Assembly: GCF_009914755.1 (NCBI RefSeq)
Contig: NC_060934.1
DNA: 64,000 nt
Strand: one strand, 5' to 3'
Source: the human T2T-CHM13v2.0 reference genome, Homo sapiens
Made by a program: the position numbers and the translations under genes. Shown one piece after another: positions 26,431 through 39,011 of the stretch. Numbering within the stretch: position 1 is the stretch's first letter; each line of letters begins with the position of its first letter. Under the pieces are notes generated by a model. It was not told the origin of the DNA, ran no database searches, and saw only the letters and a list, made by a program, of their open reading frames with translations.

Positions 26431-27699
26431 TTTTTGTTGCTTGTTGCTATTCTTCTATCACTTTTTACTTTCTAAGAACTTTTTTTTCTCCTCCCAAATG
26501 CTATGTCGCTCTGAGACAAGTCAGCTAGTTATCTATGTTTCTGTTTTGCTTGTCTTTTTTCCACATGTAACTCTAGAGTATTTCAGGGATTTATTTTAGT
26601 GTATACCATGATGCAAAGGCTTAACTTCTTCTGACATAAGCTTAGTGATGCTTCCAAAGCATACGTGCACACGGGTGGGTGTGGAGTCACACTATGTGCA
26701 TTATGTGAATGATTGGCAGAGAGAGTATTGTGAGAGAGTAGTGTATTTTTTAAATATTGATTTCATAAGTGCATTGATCTTTAATGAATTGGTCAGCTTC
26801 CCATCTTTTTCTGTTCTTGGGGACAGATTGTATAACATGAATTCTCAGCTTCCTGAAATTTTGAAAGAACTTTATCGTCTGGAACTGGGGCATTTTTAGA
26901 GGTGACTGTGTAATGAAATTTATAAAATCTGTTTATCATTAGTTAATTTTTCAAGTTCTCAAATTTTTAGTATAATTTTGAAAAAAATCCTCTTTTTCAG
27001 AGAAGTCTTCACACTTTTCAAATGTAATACAATAGCATTTCTCTCTGCATAACATTTTCTTTTTAAAAAAAGAACAAAACTCTGCTCACATGCTGTCATT
27101 ACACCTGCTCCCTCATTTCTAATTTTGCCTGCTCTCTCTTCCCTGTATTGCAATGTATCTTTAAGCCAGTAAAAATGATAGTGGATTTATTTAACTATTG
27201 TAAACTTTCAGTGCCTCTAGATGATTAATTTCTCTCTTTCTCTTTACTAATTAATTCTTCTTATATCTAACATTTATATTTCCAGCTATTTTTTTCACCA
27301 GCTTCTTGAGTTCCGTACATAGATCAAAGTGTAAATCTAACACATAATTGTGAAATAGTTGTAAAATTTAAAATATAACACAAAAATTACAAACAAATAT
27401 ATGACAAAGCAGTTCTCAAAATAAAATTCACTTTGAAAATCATCATTTTTACACCTTTTGTGGTATTTGCGTTTGGTGCTTCATCATCTGGGAATGTGAC
27501 AGTGTCCTTTTATTTTAGCTGTGCTTTTTTTAAGTTCTAATAGGATCACATTTTTAAAGCAAAATTCAGTGAAACTTTAAAGAAAGGGATAGTTCTGATT
27601 GTAAGATTAAAAGTTTTGAATACTGAATAATAATAGCTATCCCCATGATTATATTCTACTGAGACATGTCTCAAATTCCAAGTGCTATTACTGTGCTTT

Positions 27700-27880
27700 A
27701 TGTGAATTTTCTTATTTAATTTAATTTGCATGTCAGCCTTTTAAAGTAGGCATCTTTATGTTCATTTTAATGAGGAAGCTGAGGTTCAGATGTTAAGCAA
27801 CTTGGCTAAGATCTCACCATCAGAAAGTAGAGAGTTCAAATCTTAGTCTAATTACGAAGCTCTTTCTACTACATCACATT
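27700..27880 (-). mobile_element. MIR fragment
   Basis: CATTTTAATGAGGAAGCTGAGGTTCAGATGTTAAGCAACTTGGCTAAGATC. Confidence 0.7.
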
Positions 27881-28055
27881 ACATACCACTTGAGTTCTAC
27901 TAATGTTCCTAAGATGTTTATTTTTGTCTATTTTATTTCTATTCAACTCAATGGTTTTTTTTTTTTAAATTTTCCCATTAGGTTATTTGAAGCATTTTCC
28001 TTTCTGTTTTCAACACATTCTATGGTGGGGTTCAGATGATGTTGTGGCTGTGACA

Positions 28056-28150
28056 GCAGAGGCAGGCAGCGCCCACACAACATCCACACACACCCGGGTC
28101 CGCGCAGACGCAGGCAGCGCCCACACAACATCCACACACACCTGGGCCTT
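28056..28150. repeat. Tandem duplication, 2 x 48 bp
   Basis: GCAGA(G/C)GCAGGCAGCGCCCACACAACATCCACACACACC at 28056 and 28104. Confidence 0.92.
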
Positions 28151-28387
28151 TGCAGCCGTGCAGGACAGCTTTCTGCACATCCCCAGCTCATCAAGTACAC
28201 TGACGCCATGTGAGCAGCTTCTCACGCTCATCAGTGTGAGGCAGCCAGCGTCCCCAGGGACAGCCCGCAGCCAGGGGGTCAGGTCAATAAACAGTCCAGT
28301 GTCCACCCTCCAACAGGACCATGCAGGGCTACCAAGCTACCCCAGGCTACCGTGCCCCAGCTGCCCCCAGCTCACCCCCATACACCC

Positions 28388-28760
28388 TGTGATGGTGAAT
28401 GCTGTAGGTAAACTTGGCTGGATGGACCTCTGACTAAACATAATTTCTGGGTGTGTCTGAGAGTGTGTGTCCAGAAGAGATTAGCATTTGAATTGGTAGA
28501 CTCAGGAGGTAGATCATCTTCCCCAATATGGGTGGCCTCATCCAATCTGTTGAGGGCTTGAATAAAAGAGAAAGGTGGAGGAAGAACTCTGTCTGCCTGC
28601 ATGAGCTGGGACATCCATCTTCTCCGGGCTTCAGACTGGAGCTTGCACTGTCAGCTTTCCTGGGTCCCCAGCCTGACAAGTGCAGATCCTGGGGTGTGTT
28701 ACCCTCTGTAATCATAAGCCAAATGCTTATGATACGTATTTTCATAAGAACCCTAATAAA
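28388..28760 (+). mobile_element. MLT2 (ERVL) LTR
   Basis: TGTGATGGTGAAT...GAGATTAGCATTTGAATTGGTAGACT...GGGTGGCCTCATCCAATCTGTTGAGGGCTTGAATA. Confidence 0.85.
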
Positions 28761-29944
28761 GCCTGTGTGTTGGCCTCCCCCAACCCTGTCCACATTTCCT
28801 GTCCTCACCCTGCTTTCAGGATTGTCTCTCAGATAAACCACGCCCCGCTAGACCCTCATCTCAGGGTTTGGTTTAGGAGGAATTCTCAAACTGAGAAAGT
28901 CCAGAAAGACTTAAATCTTCATTTAGCAAAATAAAATGTGCCTCTTTATTCTGCTTAATGTTGTTGACCTTGAAGTTTTCTTAATCTAATACTAATAATA
29001 TCCCCACACTGTCCTCTAGAGAACATGGACTTAGGAAGAAAACAATTCTCTTCTAACGTCCTTATCTCTCATGTTGTTTGTTTTCTCTTACAAACTCAAT
29101 GACTTGCACTTAGTTTTGTAGCACAGAGAGCCACAGCCTCATGAGTATGGAGGGACCCTTCCCATTTATCAGGATTGCTGATAGGTTTATTCCAGCTTCA
29201 TCAATAAGACATCTTATTTATGTATTCTTCTTTAATACCTTTTGTACCACTTTATCGGTTTTCAATTCTTGCTTTGGCTTTGCTATAATCTCTTTTAATG
29301 ATTTTGTACGAGCAAAGGAACAAGAAAACTCAAGGTGTTGTCTTGCCTTATTCTATAATACGAATGACCATAAAGTTCTAACAATTAAGGCAGTGAGTCA
29401 TTGGTGAATGACAAACAGCCCAGAGGACCAGAATGTGCCCAGTGAGGGAGAGTGGCATATTGGGAGGTGACAAGCAGAGCAGTGTTCTGCTGACATTCCT
29501 GTTTTCCTGGTGAAATAGAAGAGATGCTGAGCAGAGGGTAAAGAGGGGCCCGTGCTGGAAGCTTAATGAGGGCAGGTGTGGAGCAATGGTGGGGGGCGTG
29601 AAGCACCCATCTCTGGGGCCTGGAGGACGTTGTGGAGACCTGAGATGAGTTCTCAGGACAGCTGGCCCTCATTTCTAGCCACACTGGGGCTTCAGGCACA
29701 GGTGGGGAAGAGGCTGAATGCAAACTGTCCCCTGGGCTGGGGTCTTTCTAGGTGGGGTTGATGGCTAGGTGCAAAGATGGAAGTAGAATTTCTGGGGAAG
29801 AGACCAAGCTGCTGGGTGACCTCAGACACTAATTGGATGGTGAGGTCAAAGAGAGGGCAAAGGCCAGTGCTATGCAGTGGGGTCAGTGAGCTCCAGAGAT
29901 CAAAGGTGGGGGAGGGGGGCACAGGTAGCAGTGAAAGGTAAAAT

Positions 29945-30463
29945 GCGGTATAAGGTCTAGGGTGGCATCAACTTGACTGGGCCACAGGTGCCCAGATATT
30001 TGCTCAGTGTTATTCTGCACTTGCCCATGGAGGGATTTTCATATGGGAATAGTATTTGAATCAGAACCGAAGGAAGCTGGCTGCCCTCCCCAGTGTGAGT
30101 GGGCCTCATCCAATCAGCAGAGGACCAGAACAGCACAACACGCAGGCTCTCTCCCAGAACGAAGAGCTCCTCCTTCTGACTGCCTGGAGCTGGGAAGTTC
30201 ATCTGTTTCCTGCCTCTGGACGCAAACTGAAACATGGCTCTTCCTGGGACTCAAGCCTGCCGACCTTCAAGCTGAAACTCTCCCCTTCAGCCCTCCAGGA
30301 ACTTCAGCTCAATGGCCACAGGTCTTGGGACTGGTCAGCCTCCATAATCTCACAAGCTGCTGCTCATGACATGTCTCTCCCTTTCTGTGTATGTGCGTTT
30401 ATTCATTTGTTGATTTATGTATGCACCCTGTTGGTTCTGTTCCTCTGAAGAGCCTTAAGTAAA
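29945..30463 (+). mobile_element. MLT2 (ERVL) LTR
   Basis: TCAACTTGACTGGGCCACAGGTGCCCAGATATTTG...GGGCCTCATCCAATCAG...CCTGTTGGTTCTGTTCCTCTG. Confidence 0.85.
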
Positions 30464-33140
30464 TGGCAGGAGGAGGTACCACTGAAAATGGAAGGTCCTG
30501 GAAATGTGAGGCCTGGGTGGAAGAGGGTTGTCGAGAATGGTGGACACTCAATGGAGGCAACCGAGGCAGTGGGCCAGGTGCTCACCTTTTCGAAGAACGA
30601 GGCAGTGTGACAGGTGCCTTAGCAGGGAGCCGAGGCTTCAAAGGCCCTCAGGATTAGTGGGAAGAGAATGTTCTGGAAGGTCCATCAAGAAGCAAGGCCA
30701 TTGGCCTCTCCAGGTCTATCCAATGAGAGCCCCAGGGGACGCAATGACCATCAAAGCTAGCCAAGGGTCAACAAGGACAAGCAGCTGAAGCGGCATTCAG
30801 GGGAGAGGAGGGGTTGGCTGATGGGGATGTCCGAGGGCCCAGTGCACAGGCTCAGGGAAGGAGAAGTTGGGAGGGCAGGCAGATCCAGGCTGGACAGCAG
30901 AGCGAGCAAGTGAAGGTGAGTGTGGGGGACTCGTGCTCCTGGAGCAGACCATGGGGATGTGGTCAGGGTGCAGCATTGGTCTTGGAGGTAGAGGGGCTGT
31001 CATCAGCACTGATCACACATCTGCCCAGACTAGCCTTCTGGGCACTTTTGATGGGGAGAGGTGGCTGGTGTGAGGTCTTTCCAGGAACTCAGCTTTGGTT
31101 GGCTTTAAAGACCTGGGCTTGGTCCATTTCCTTGGAGCCACCAGCCCCCTCCACTGCAGCCCTGAGGTCCCAGGGCCTTTCCTTGCCAAGGTTTCTTCCT
31201 GCTTCTCCCCTAGGCTGCCTCCTCACCACCCAGAGTGCAGTTCTCTTTAAACTGCAGGATTGTAATGTGAATTCTCAGGATTTTACCAACTGCCCTCCTG
31301 TCCCTAAATCAGTTCCCAAGGCCCAGGGCAGGACCCAGCCATGCCATGGAAACGCAGGCAACAGCAGCCACTGTTAAAGTTCAGGGCATGACAGTGCACT
31401 CGACTTTTCCGTGGCTCCTGGAAACCTCTTGCTTATTAATGTATGTTTGTTTGTTTCCACTGCTTCTAAAAATTGTCTGTTAGGGATTGGAAGAAAGAAA
31501 TTACGTAATGAAACTCAACTCCAGTTCCTAAACTGGAAATTCACTGCCATTTCTCTCAGAACCATGTATTAAGGTGTGTACGTCTCTTGGATTTAGATTC
31601 AGCTTGGGGACAGAGCTTAGAAGTGTCCTTTCCCTTTGAGTTGCTGAAACCCTCCATTTCTCAGGTCCCCTCATGTTCATTGGCCACACCGTGGTTTATT
31701 CTTTCCTGCTGACAGTCAGATAAGCTTCAGTGCAGCCACTTTCTCTCCTGTGCTCCTTGAAAAGCAAAAGCCTAAGAGCTGGGCAGGTTTGGAGTAGGGT
31801 TCACCTGGGAGGCAGGGCTGCAGTGGACGTGGAACCCCTGAGGCAGTCAGCTTCTCGACCACCCCATATGAGATACTCCAGGAAAACCAGAGCGGAGGCC
31901 TCTCCCCCTAGTTGCTGGATCTCAAGTCAGTAGTTTCTCCCAGTAGGACAAAGCTGGTGCTGGCTGTGGCTTTGTTTTGTGCAGAAAATGCTTGGCTTTT
32001 CCTTCTGATGCCTGCAACCCAGCCTGGCCTCCTGAAGCTCTGCAGCTGCTGTGGGTGGGCATCTGCCGCTGGAATGCAGACTTCTCACAAATGGCAGAAG
32101 CCACAGCTGTCCTCTTTGGGCCGGACCCGGCACTCAAGAAATGTGGACTGAGAAGAACTTTCCAGAGAGAGCCCAGGGAACAGGGATGTGAGAAGTGACA
32201 TCCATGGCCAGTTTGGCAACAACGAGCTACGCTCCCAGCTCAGCTTCCACCTTGGGGGCCCTGTTCTGAAAACCGGGTGGTGCCCAGGATGCAGGCATAG
32301 GAGAGGTGAGAAGCTGCCTTTCCACCTTGGTCACTCGGTGCTGCTGGTGATCACATGCACAGGGTAGAAATGCTGCTGGCTGTGGATTGAAGCCAGAGTG
32401 ACAGTTCCCAGTAACTTTCCATCCTCGGGGTTTGGGGTGCAGTGTTGGCCTGCTGCAGCCAACCCTCCTGCGTAACACCCTCTGTCCATTAACACCTGTA
32501 ACTCGAGCCTGGTCATCTCCCTTCCTGCAGGCAGCAGCCTTGACCCATCCTACTGAGCCCAGTCCAGCTCTTCTCACCCTGCCCGCCCTTTTACCCCATC
32601 CACCTGGTGCCTCCCAGGCCTGCTCTGGCTAGGGCTCAGCCTCCAGCCAGCCTCCTCGCCTGCCTGTGGGACAGCTGTCTCCTTGCTGTGTTCACAAATG
32701 GCTCACAGGTTGTGCCCATCCTCACTCCCTGTTGCACGGAACCTGCCTTCTGTGATCCTGTTCTCTCACCCGCTCCAAGAGGAGAGGTGAGCTGTCTTTA
32801 TTGGACATGCTAATTTCATGGGACATGGGCTGGAGGCAGGGTCTGCAGCTCGTGAAGGGTTCTGAGGCTGCTCTGGACTCAGCAGGAACGATATCATCAT
32901 GGCTTCGTGGTGTGCGCCAGGTGGTACCTTTGCGGCACCTTCCGTTCCAAACCCTGCACACCTGAGCACCCCTCCAGCCACACCCATGCCGTGAAATTCG
33001 CGCTCCCAGAACGACTCGGTGGCCTACCATGCCCAGGGTGCAGAGAAAACACCAAAGGAAAGTGGAAGAGGCTGAACAGAGTTTAGCTTACAAAGGTTAG
33101 CCTGAACAGCTTCTCTTCATTTTTGAGTGCCCTCTGCTAA

Positions 33141-33461
<321 letters not shown>

Positions 33462-34079
33462 TAACTGCTTTTTATATATTGAATTCTTCAGTCCTTGCAA
33501 AAGCCCTGAATGATGCTACCATCTCTAAGCTACAGATGGGAAGACCAAATCTGAAGCTATCTATGTAACTCGCAACATCGCACAGCTGCTGGGGGAGGGG
33601 CCTGGGATTCAACCCCCAAAGGCATATGTCCTACCTGCTCTTTCCCCTCCAGAATGCTGCCCTCAGCAAGGATATTGCAGCATGGGGTATCCCTGAGAGA
33701 GGAGGGCAGCCCCACACAGGGGTGGCACCAGTGCTCCCTGCCCCATCATTTTTCTTTAGCAAAATATGCTTAGTTTCCCATCAGGGAATCAGCAGGCCCT
33801 AGGTAAGTACACAGACAGTGTAAAGTGGTTTGTTTATAACACAAGGATGCCTGCCAAAGGGGACAAGTAGAGTGAGATGCAGACTGCGCCCTGCCTGCCA
33901 TGCCCAGCGGGCAGCACTGGCCTGCAGGAGGTGACTTCCCTCTTTAGAAAGGCTCCGTGTGAGTTAGAGGTGACCTTGATGGAGTCTGCAGTTCTGTAAA
34001 TTCAATCTCATTGTGCTTCATCAGATTTCACAGCCAAATTTCCCTGGTGGTGGTTTCTCCACAAATAACAAAACAAAGA

Positions 34080-34292
34080 TCCATCTTTTCTAGAATCCAT
34101 GATATATTTTTCTGCCCTCCTACAATGCATTCTCCATATCCATAACCATAATAATATTGTCAAAAAATGAATCAGAACAAGTGATTCCCTAGCTTTAAAG
34201 TCCTCTAATGGTTTCCTATTGCATTTAGCATGAAATCCAGACTCCTTCCTATGGCTCACCATGTCTTACAGTGAGCACACTCCAGCCTAACT
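34080..34292 (+). mobile_element. L2 fragment
   Basis: CTTTAAAGTCCTCTAATGGTTTCCTATTGCATTTAGCATGAAATCCAGACTCCTT is typical of the L2 3' region. Confidence 0.7.
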
Positions 34293-34295
34293 CTC

Positions 34296-35001
34296 CACCA
34301 TCATCATAAACACCATCACCACCACCACAACCACCACTACCACCATCACCATTAACGTCATCACCATCAACATCATCACCATCACCATCATCACCATCAC
34401 CACCACCATTATCACCACCATAACTACCACCATCACCACCACTATCACCATCAGCACCACCATCACTATCATCATCATCACCACCAGCACTACTATCATC
34501 ACCATCACCACCATCACCAACATCACCACTATCACCAACACCACAACCACAACCCCCACCACTGTCATCACTGCCATCACCATCATCACCATCACCACAA
34601 CCACCATCACCACCACCACCATCAACATCACCATCACTGTCATCAACATCACTAACACCACCATCACCATCACCACCACCATTATCACCACCATAACTAC
34701 CACCGTCACCATCAGCAACACCATCACTATCATCACCATCACCATCATCACCACCATCATCGCCATCACCACCACCATCATCGCCATCACCAACACCATC
34801 ATCACCACCATCATCGCCATCACCACCACCATCATCACCACCATCATCGCCATCACCATCACCATCATCACCACCATCATCACCATCACCACCACCATCA
34901 TTGCCATCACCACCACCATTATAACCACCACCACCATCACCATCACCAGCATCACCATCATCACCATCACCATCACCACCATCACCACCATTATTATCAC
35001 C
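34296..35001. repeat. Degenerate (CAC/CAT)n triplet repeat, ~700 bp
   Basis: Continuous CAC/CAT triplets; gives rise to the Val/Met-rich ORF on the minus strand. Confidence 0.97.
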
Positions 35002-35182
35002 AGATTTTCCCTAAATCAATAGAGATATTCCCCTGAATCTAAACTGCTGTGTATAAGGAGTTGAGAACCCCAGAGTAAAACTAAACAACCCCTGAGGGGC
35101 CGAGAGTACATGGCATGTGATGGTGGCCTTTGAGACATCTCTTCTGACTTGTTAGAGGCTTTTTGTCTATGACATGCTCTGT

Positions 35183-35551
35183 TGACATGGACTGAATTTT
35201 GTCCCCCTGAAATTCATGAGTTGAAGCCCTAACCCTCAATAAACCTGTATTTGGAGATAGAGCCTTTAGGAGAAAATTAGGTTAAATGAGTTCATAAGAG
35301 TGAGGCCCAAGTCTGATAGGATTAGTGTCCTTATAAGAAGAGCGAGACCAGACCTCTCTGTCTCCACCGTGTGAGAACATGGTGAGGCAGCAGCCATCTA
35401 CCAACCAAAAGGAGAGCCCTCACCAGAAACCGCCTCTGCCAGACCTTGATTGGGGACTTCTTATGTCCAGAACTGAGAGATAATAAAATTTGGTTGTTTA
35501 AGCCACTTAGTCTGTGGTTTTTTGACATGTCGGCCAAAGCAGACTAAGACA
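35183..35551 (+). mobile_element. Complete MLT1A-like MaLR solo LTR
   Basis: TG...TAAGACA termini, internal AATAAA, perfect 5-bp TSD TCTGT at 35178-35182 and 35552-35556. Confidence 0.9.
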
Positions 35552-36060
35552 TCTGTGTTCTGAAGAGTTACCTTACTAAATTTCTATGGAAGGTGAGACA
35601 TTATTATAAATTATATTTATGTTTTTTGAAAAACCAAAGTCATCTCATTTTTACTCAATTTTTGGTTATATGGCAAATTTCTAAGTAAGTTAGATTTTGC
35701 CATTGACTTCTGTGATAAAACCACAGCCTTTTTTTTCTGTTTTGTGGTTTACCATTTTATGTGTATGGTTCAGTGACTTTAAATACATTCACATTGTTAT
35801 GCAACCATCACCACCATCCATCCACAGAACTTCTTTATCTTCCAAAACTGAAACTTTGTGCCCATTACACTAAACTTCCCATTCCTCTCCCCAACCCCCA
35901 GCTGCTGGCAACCACCATTCTACTTCCTGTCTCTGAATTTCATTCCTCAAATTACTTCATGGAGGTGGAATCATACAGTATTTACCCTTTTGTGACTGGC
36001 TTATTTCACTTAGCATAATGATCTTCAGAGACACCTATGTTGTAACATGTGTTATAATAA

Positions 36061-36338
36061 TTTTTTTCCTTTTTTTTTTTTCCGGGATGGAGTCTAGCTC
36101 TGTCACCCATACTAGAGTGCAATGGCACAATCTCGGCTCACTGCAACCTCCGTCTCCCAGGTTCAAGTGATTCTCTTGCTTAACCCTCCCGAGTAGCTGG
36201 GATTACAGGCACCCACCAGAACACCCAGCTGATTTTTGTATTTTTAGCAGAGACAGGGTTTCACTGTGTTGGCCAGGCTGGTCTCGAACTCCTGACCTTG
36301 TGATCTGCCTGCCTTGGCCTCCCAAAGTACTGGGATTA
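36061..36338 (-). mobile_element. AluS-like element, slightly 5'-truncated, nested in L1
   Basis: Antisense Alu ending CCCAAAGTACTGGGATTA; TTTTTCCTTTTT on both flanks. Confidence 0.93.
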
Positions 36339-39011
36339 ATTATTTTTCCTTTTTAAGGTTAAATAATATTCCATTTTGTGGATATGCCACATTTTGTTTA
36401 TCCATTCATCTGTCAACAGACACTTGGGTTGCTTCCATCTTTTGACTATTGTGAATAATGCTGTTGTGGACATGGGTGTAGAAACATCTCTTTGAGGCTC
36501 TGCTTTTAATTCTTTGAGGTATATACCCAGAGGTGTAATTGCTGGATCATGTGAAATCTGAGAAACCACCATATTGTTTCTATAGTTGTGTAGTATCTCA
36601 CTGTGGTTTTGATTTGCATTTTCCTAATTATTCATGTTGTTGAGCATCTTTTCATGTACTTATTGGTCATTTGTATATCATTGGAGAAATATATATTCAA
36701 GTCCTTTGTCTATTTTTTAATTGTGTTGTTTTTTGGTTGTTGAATTGCAAGAGTTCTTTATATATGGATAGTAATCCGTTATCAGATATATAATTTACAA
36801 ATATTTCCTGCCATTCAGTGTGTTGCCTTTTACTCTGTTGACAGTGTCATTTGATTCACAAAAATTTTTAATATTTACATGTTCCAATTATCTGATTTTT
36901 TTGTTGCCTATGCTTTCGGTGTCGTAGCCAAGAAATCCTTGCCAAATGCAATGCCATGAAGCTGTGCCCCTACATTTTCTTGTGAGTATTCTAACTCTCA
37001 TATCTAAGTCTTTGACTATTTTTAATTTCTGCATATGGTGTAAGGTAAGGGTACAACTTCATTCTTTTGCATGTGGCTATCCAGTTTTCCCAGTAACATT
37101 TGTTGAAAAGACTGTCCTTTTCCCTATTGGATAGTCCTAGCAACTTTTTAAAAAATCACAAGGCCATATATACAAGAGTTTATTTCTGGGCTCTCTATTC
37201 TATCTCACTGATCTATGTGTCTGTCTATACGTCAATACCACTCTGTTTTTAATACTGTAGATTTTTAGAAATTTTGAAACTAAGAAGTGTGAGACCTCCA
37301 ACTGTGTTCTTTTTCAAGATTGTTTTTGCTATTTAGGGTCCCTTGAGATTCTATATGAATGTTAGGATAGATTTTTCTAGTTTTGTAAAAAAAAAATTGA
37401 TGTTGGAATTTTAAGATAAATTGCATTTAATCTAGAGACCACATCTTTCAATTTTAGGTCTTCTCATCTATGAACAAAGGATGTCTATTTTTGTAGTGTC
37501 TTTAATTTCTTTGAGCAATATTTCATAGTTTTCAGTGTACACATCTTTCACCTCCTTGGTTCAGTTTGTTTCTATTTTTTATTTTGTTTGGTCCCACTTT
37601 AAATGAAATTGCTTTCTTAATTTCTTTTTCAGGTTGTTCATTGTTATTGTATAGAAACACAGCTAATTTCTGTATGCTGAGTATTCTGTAAGTTTGCTAA
37701 TTTTGTTATTAGTTCTATCATGTTTCTTATGGAATCTTTGGGGTTTTCTACATATGAAATTACATCATCTATGAAAGGGATCGTTTTACTTTTTATTTCC
37801 CAATTTTAATGCTTTTTATTTCCTAATTTATCTGGTCAAGATTTCCATTACTATGCTGAATTTAAAAGTAGGCATTCTTCCCTTGTGTCTTAGCTTAGAA
37901 GAAAAGTTTTCAATCTTTCATCATTAAGTATGATGTTAGCAATGGGCTTTCCATATATGGCCTTAATTATGTTGAGGTAGTTTCCTTCTGTTCCTAGTTT
38001 GGTGGATGTTTTTTATCATGGAAAGGTGTTGGATTTTGTCAAATATTTTTCTCCATCAATTGAGATGATCACATGGGAACTGTTTCTTCATTCTGTTAAT
38101 GTAGTTATTACATTAATTCATTTTCATATGTTGAACTATCCTTGAATTTCAGAAATAAATCCCACGAGGTCATGTGTATAATTTTTTTGATGTGTCACTT
38201 AATTCTGTTCACTAATATTTGGTTGAGGATTTTTACATCAGTATTTATCAGAGATATTGATCTGTAGCTTAATTTTATTGTAGTACCTTTGTCTTGCTTT
38301 GGTGAAAGAGTAATCTTGGCCTTGAAGAATAAGTTTGAAAGTGTCCCCTTACCTTAAACTTTTTTGGAAACTTTTGAGAAGGATTAGTGTTAACTCTTCT
38401 TTAAATGTTTGGTAGAATTCACGAATGAAGCCATCAGCTCCTGGGATTTTCTTTGTTGGCAGATTTTGGATCATTGATTCAATCTCTTTGCTAGTTATAT
38501 GTCTGTTCGTATTTTCTATTTCTTTGTGGGTTAGTCTTGGTAGGTGGTATATGTCTAGGAATTTATCCATTTTGTCTAGGTTGTCCAATTTTTTGGCATA
38601 CAAATATTCATACTATTGTCTTATTAATATAATCATTTTATTTCTGTTAAATCAGTGGTAATGTCTGCACTTACATTTCTGATTTTAGTTATTGAGACTT
38701 CCCTCTTTTATCTTACTCAGTCGAACTAATTGTTCATTAATTTTGGTGATTTTTTCAAAGAACTGAACTTGGTTTTGCTAACTTACTCTACCATGTTCCT
38801 ATTCTTTATTTCAGTTGTCTGTACTCTAGTCTTTATTATTTCTTTCCTTCTACTGGATTTGGGTTTAGTGTGTTCTCCCTTTTTCTACTTCTTTAAGGTA
38901 TAATGTTAGATTGTTAATTTAAGATCTTTCTTCTTGTTTATCATAAGCATTTACACTATAAACTACCCTCCTAGCACAGATTTTGATGCATCTGGTAAGT
39001 TTTGGTATGTT

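Noticed and set aside
28388-30463. Two same-orientation MLT2 LTRs as one provirus
   Set aside because: The LTRs differ markedly and the 1.2 kb between them shows no ERVL internal sequence
34287-35000. 237-aa Val/Met-rich ORF
   Set aside because: Translation of a (GTG/ATG)n repeat; absence of stops follows from composition
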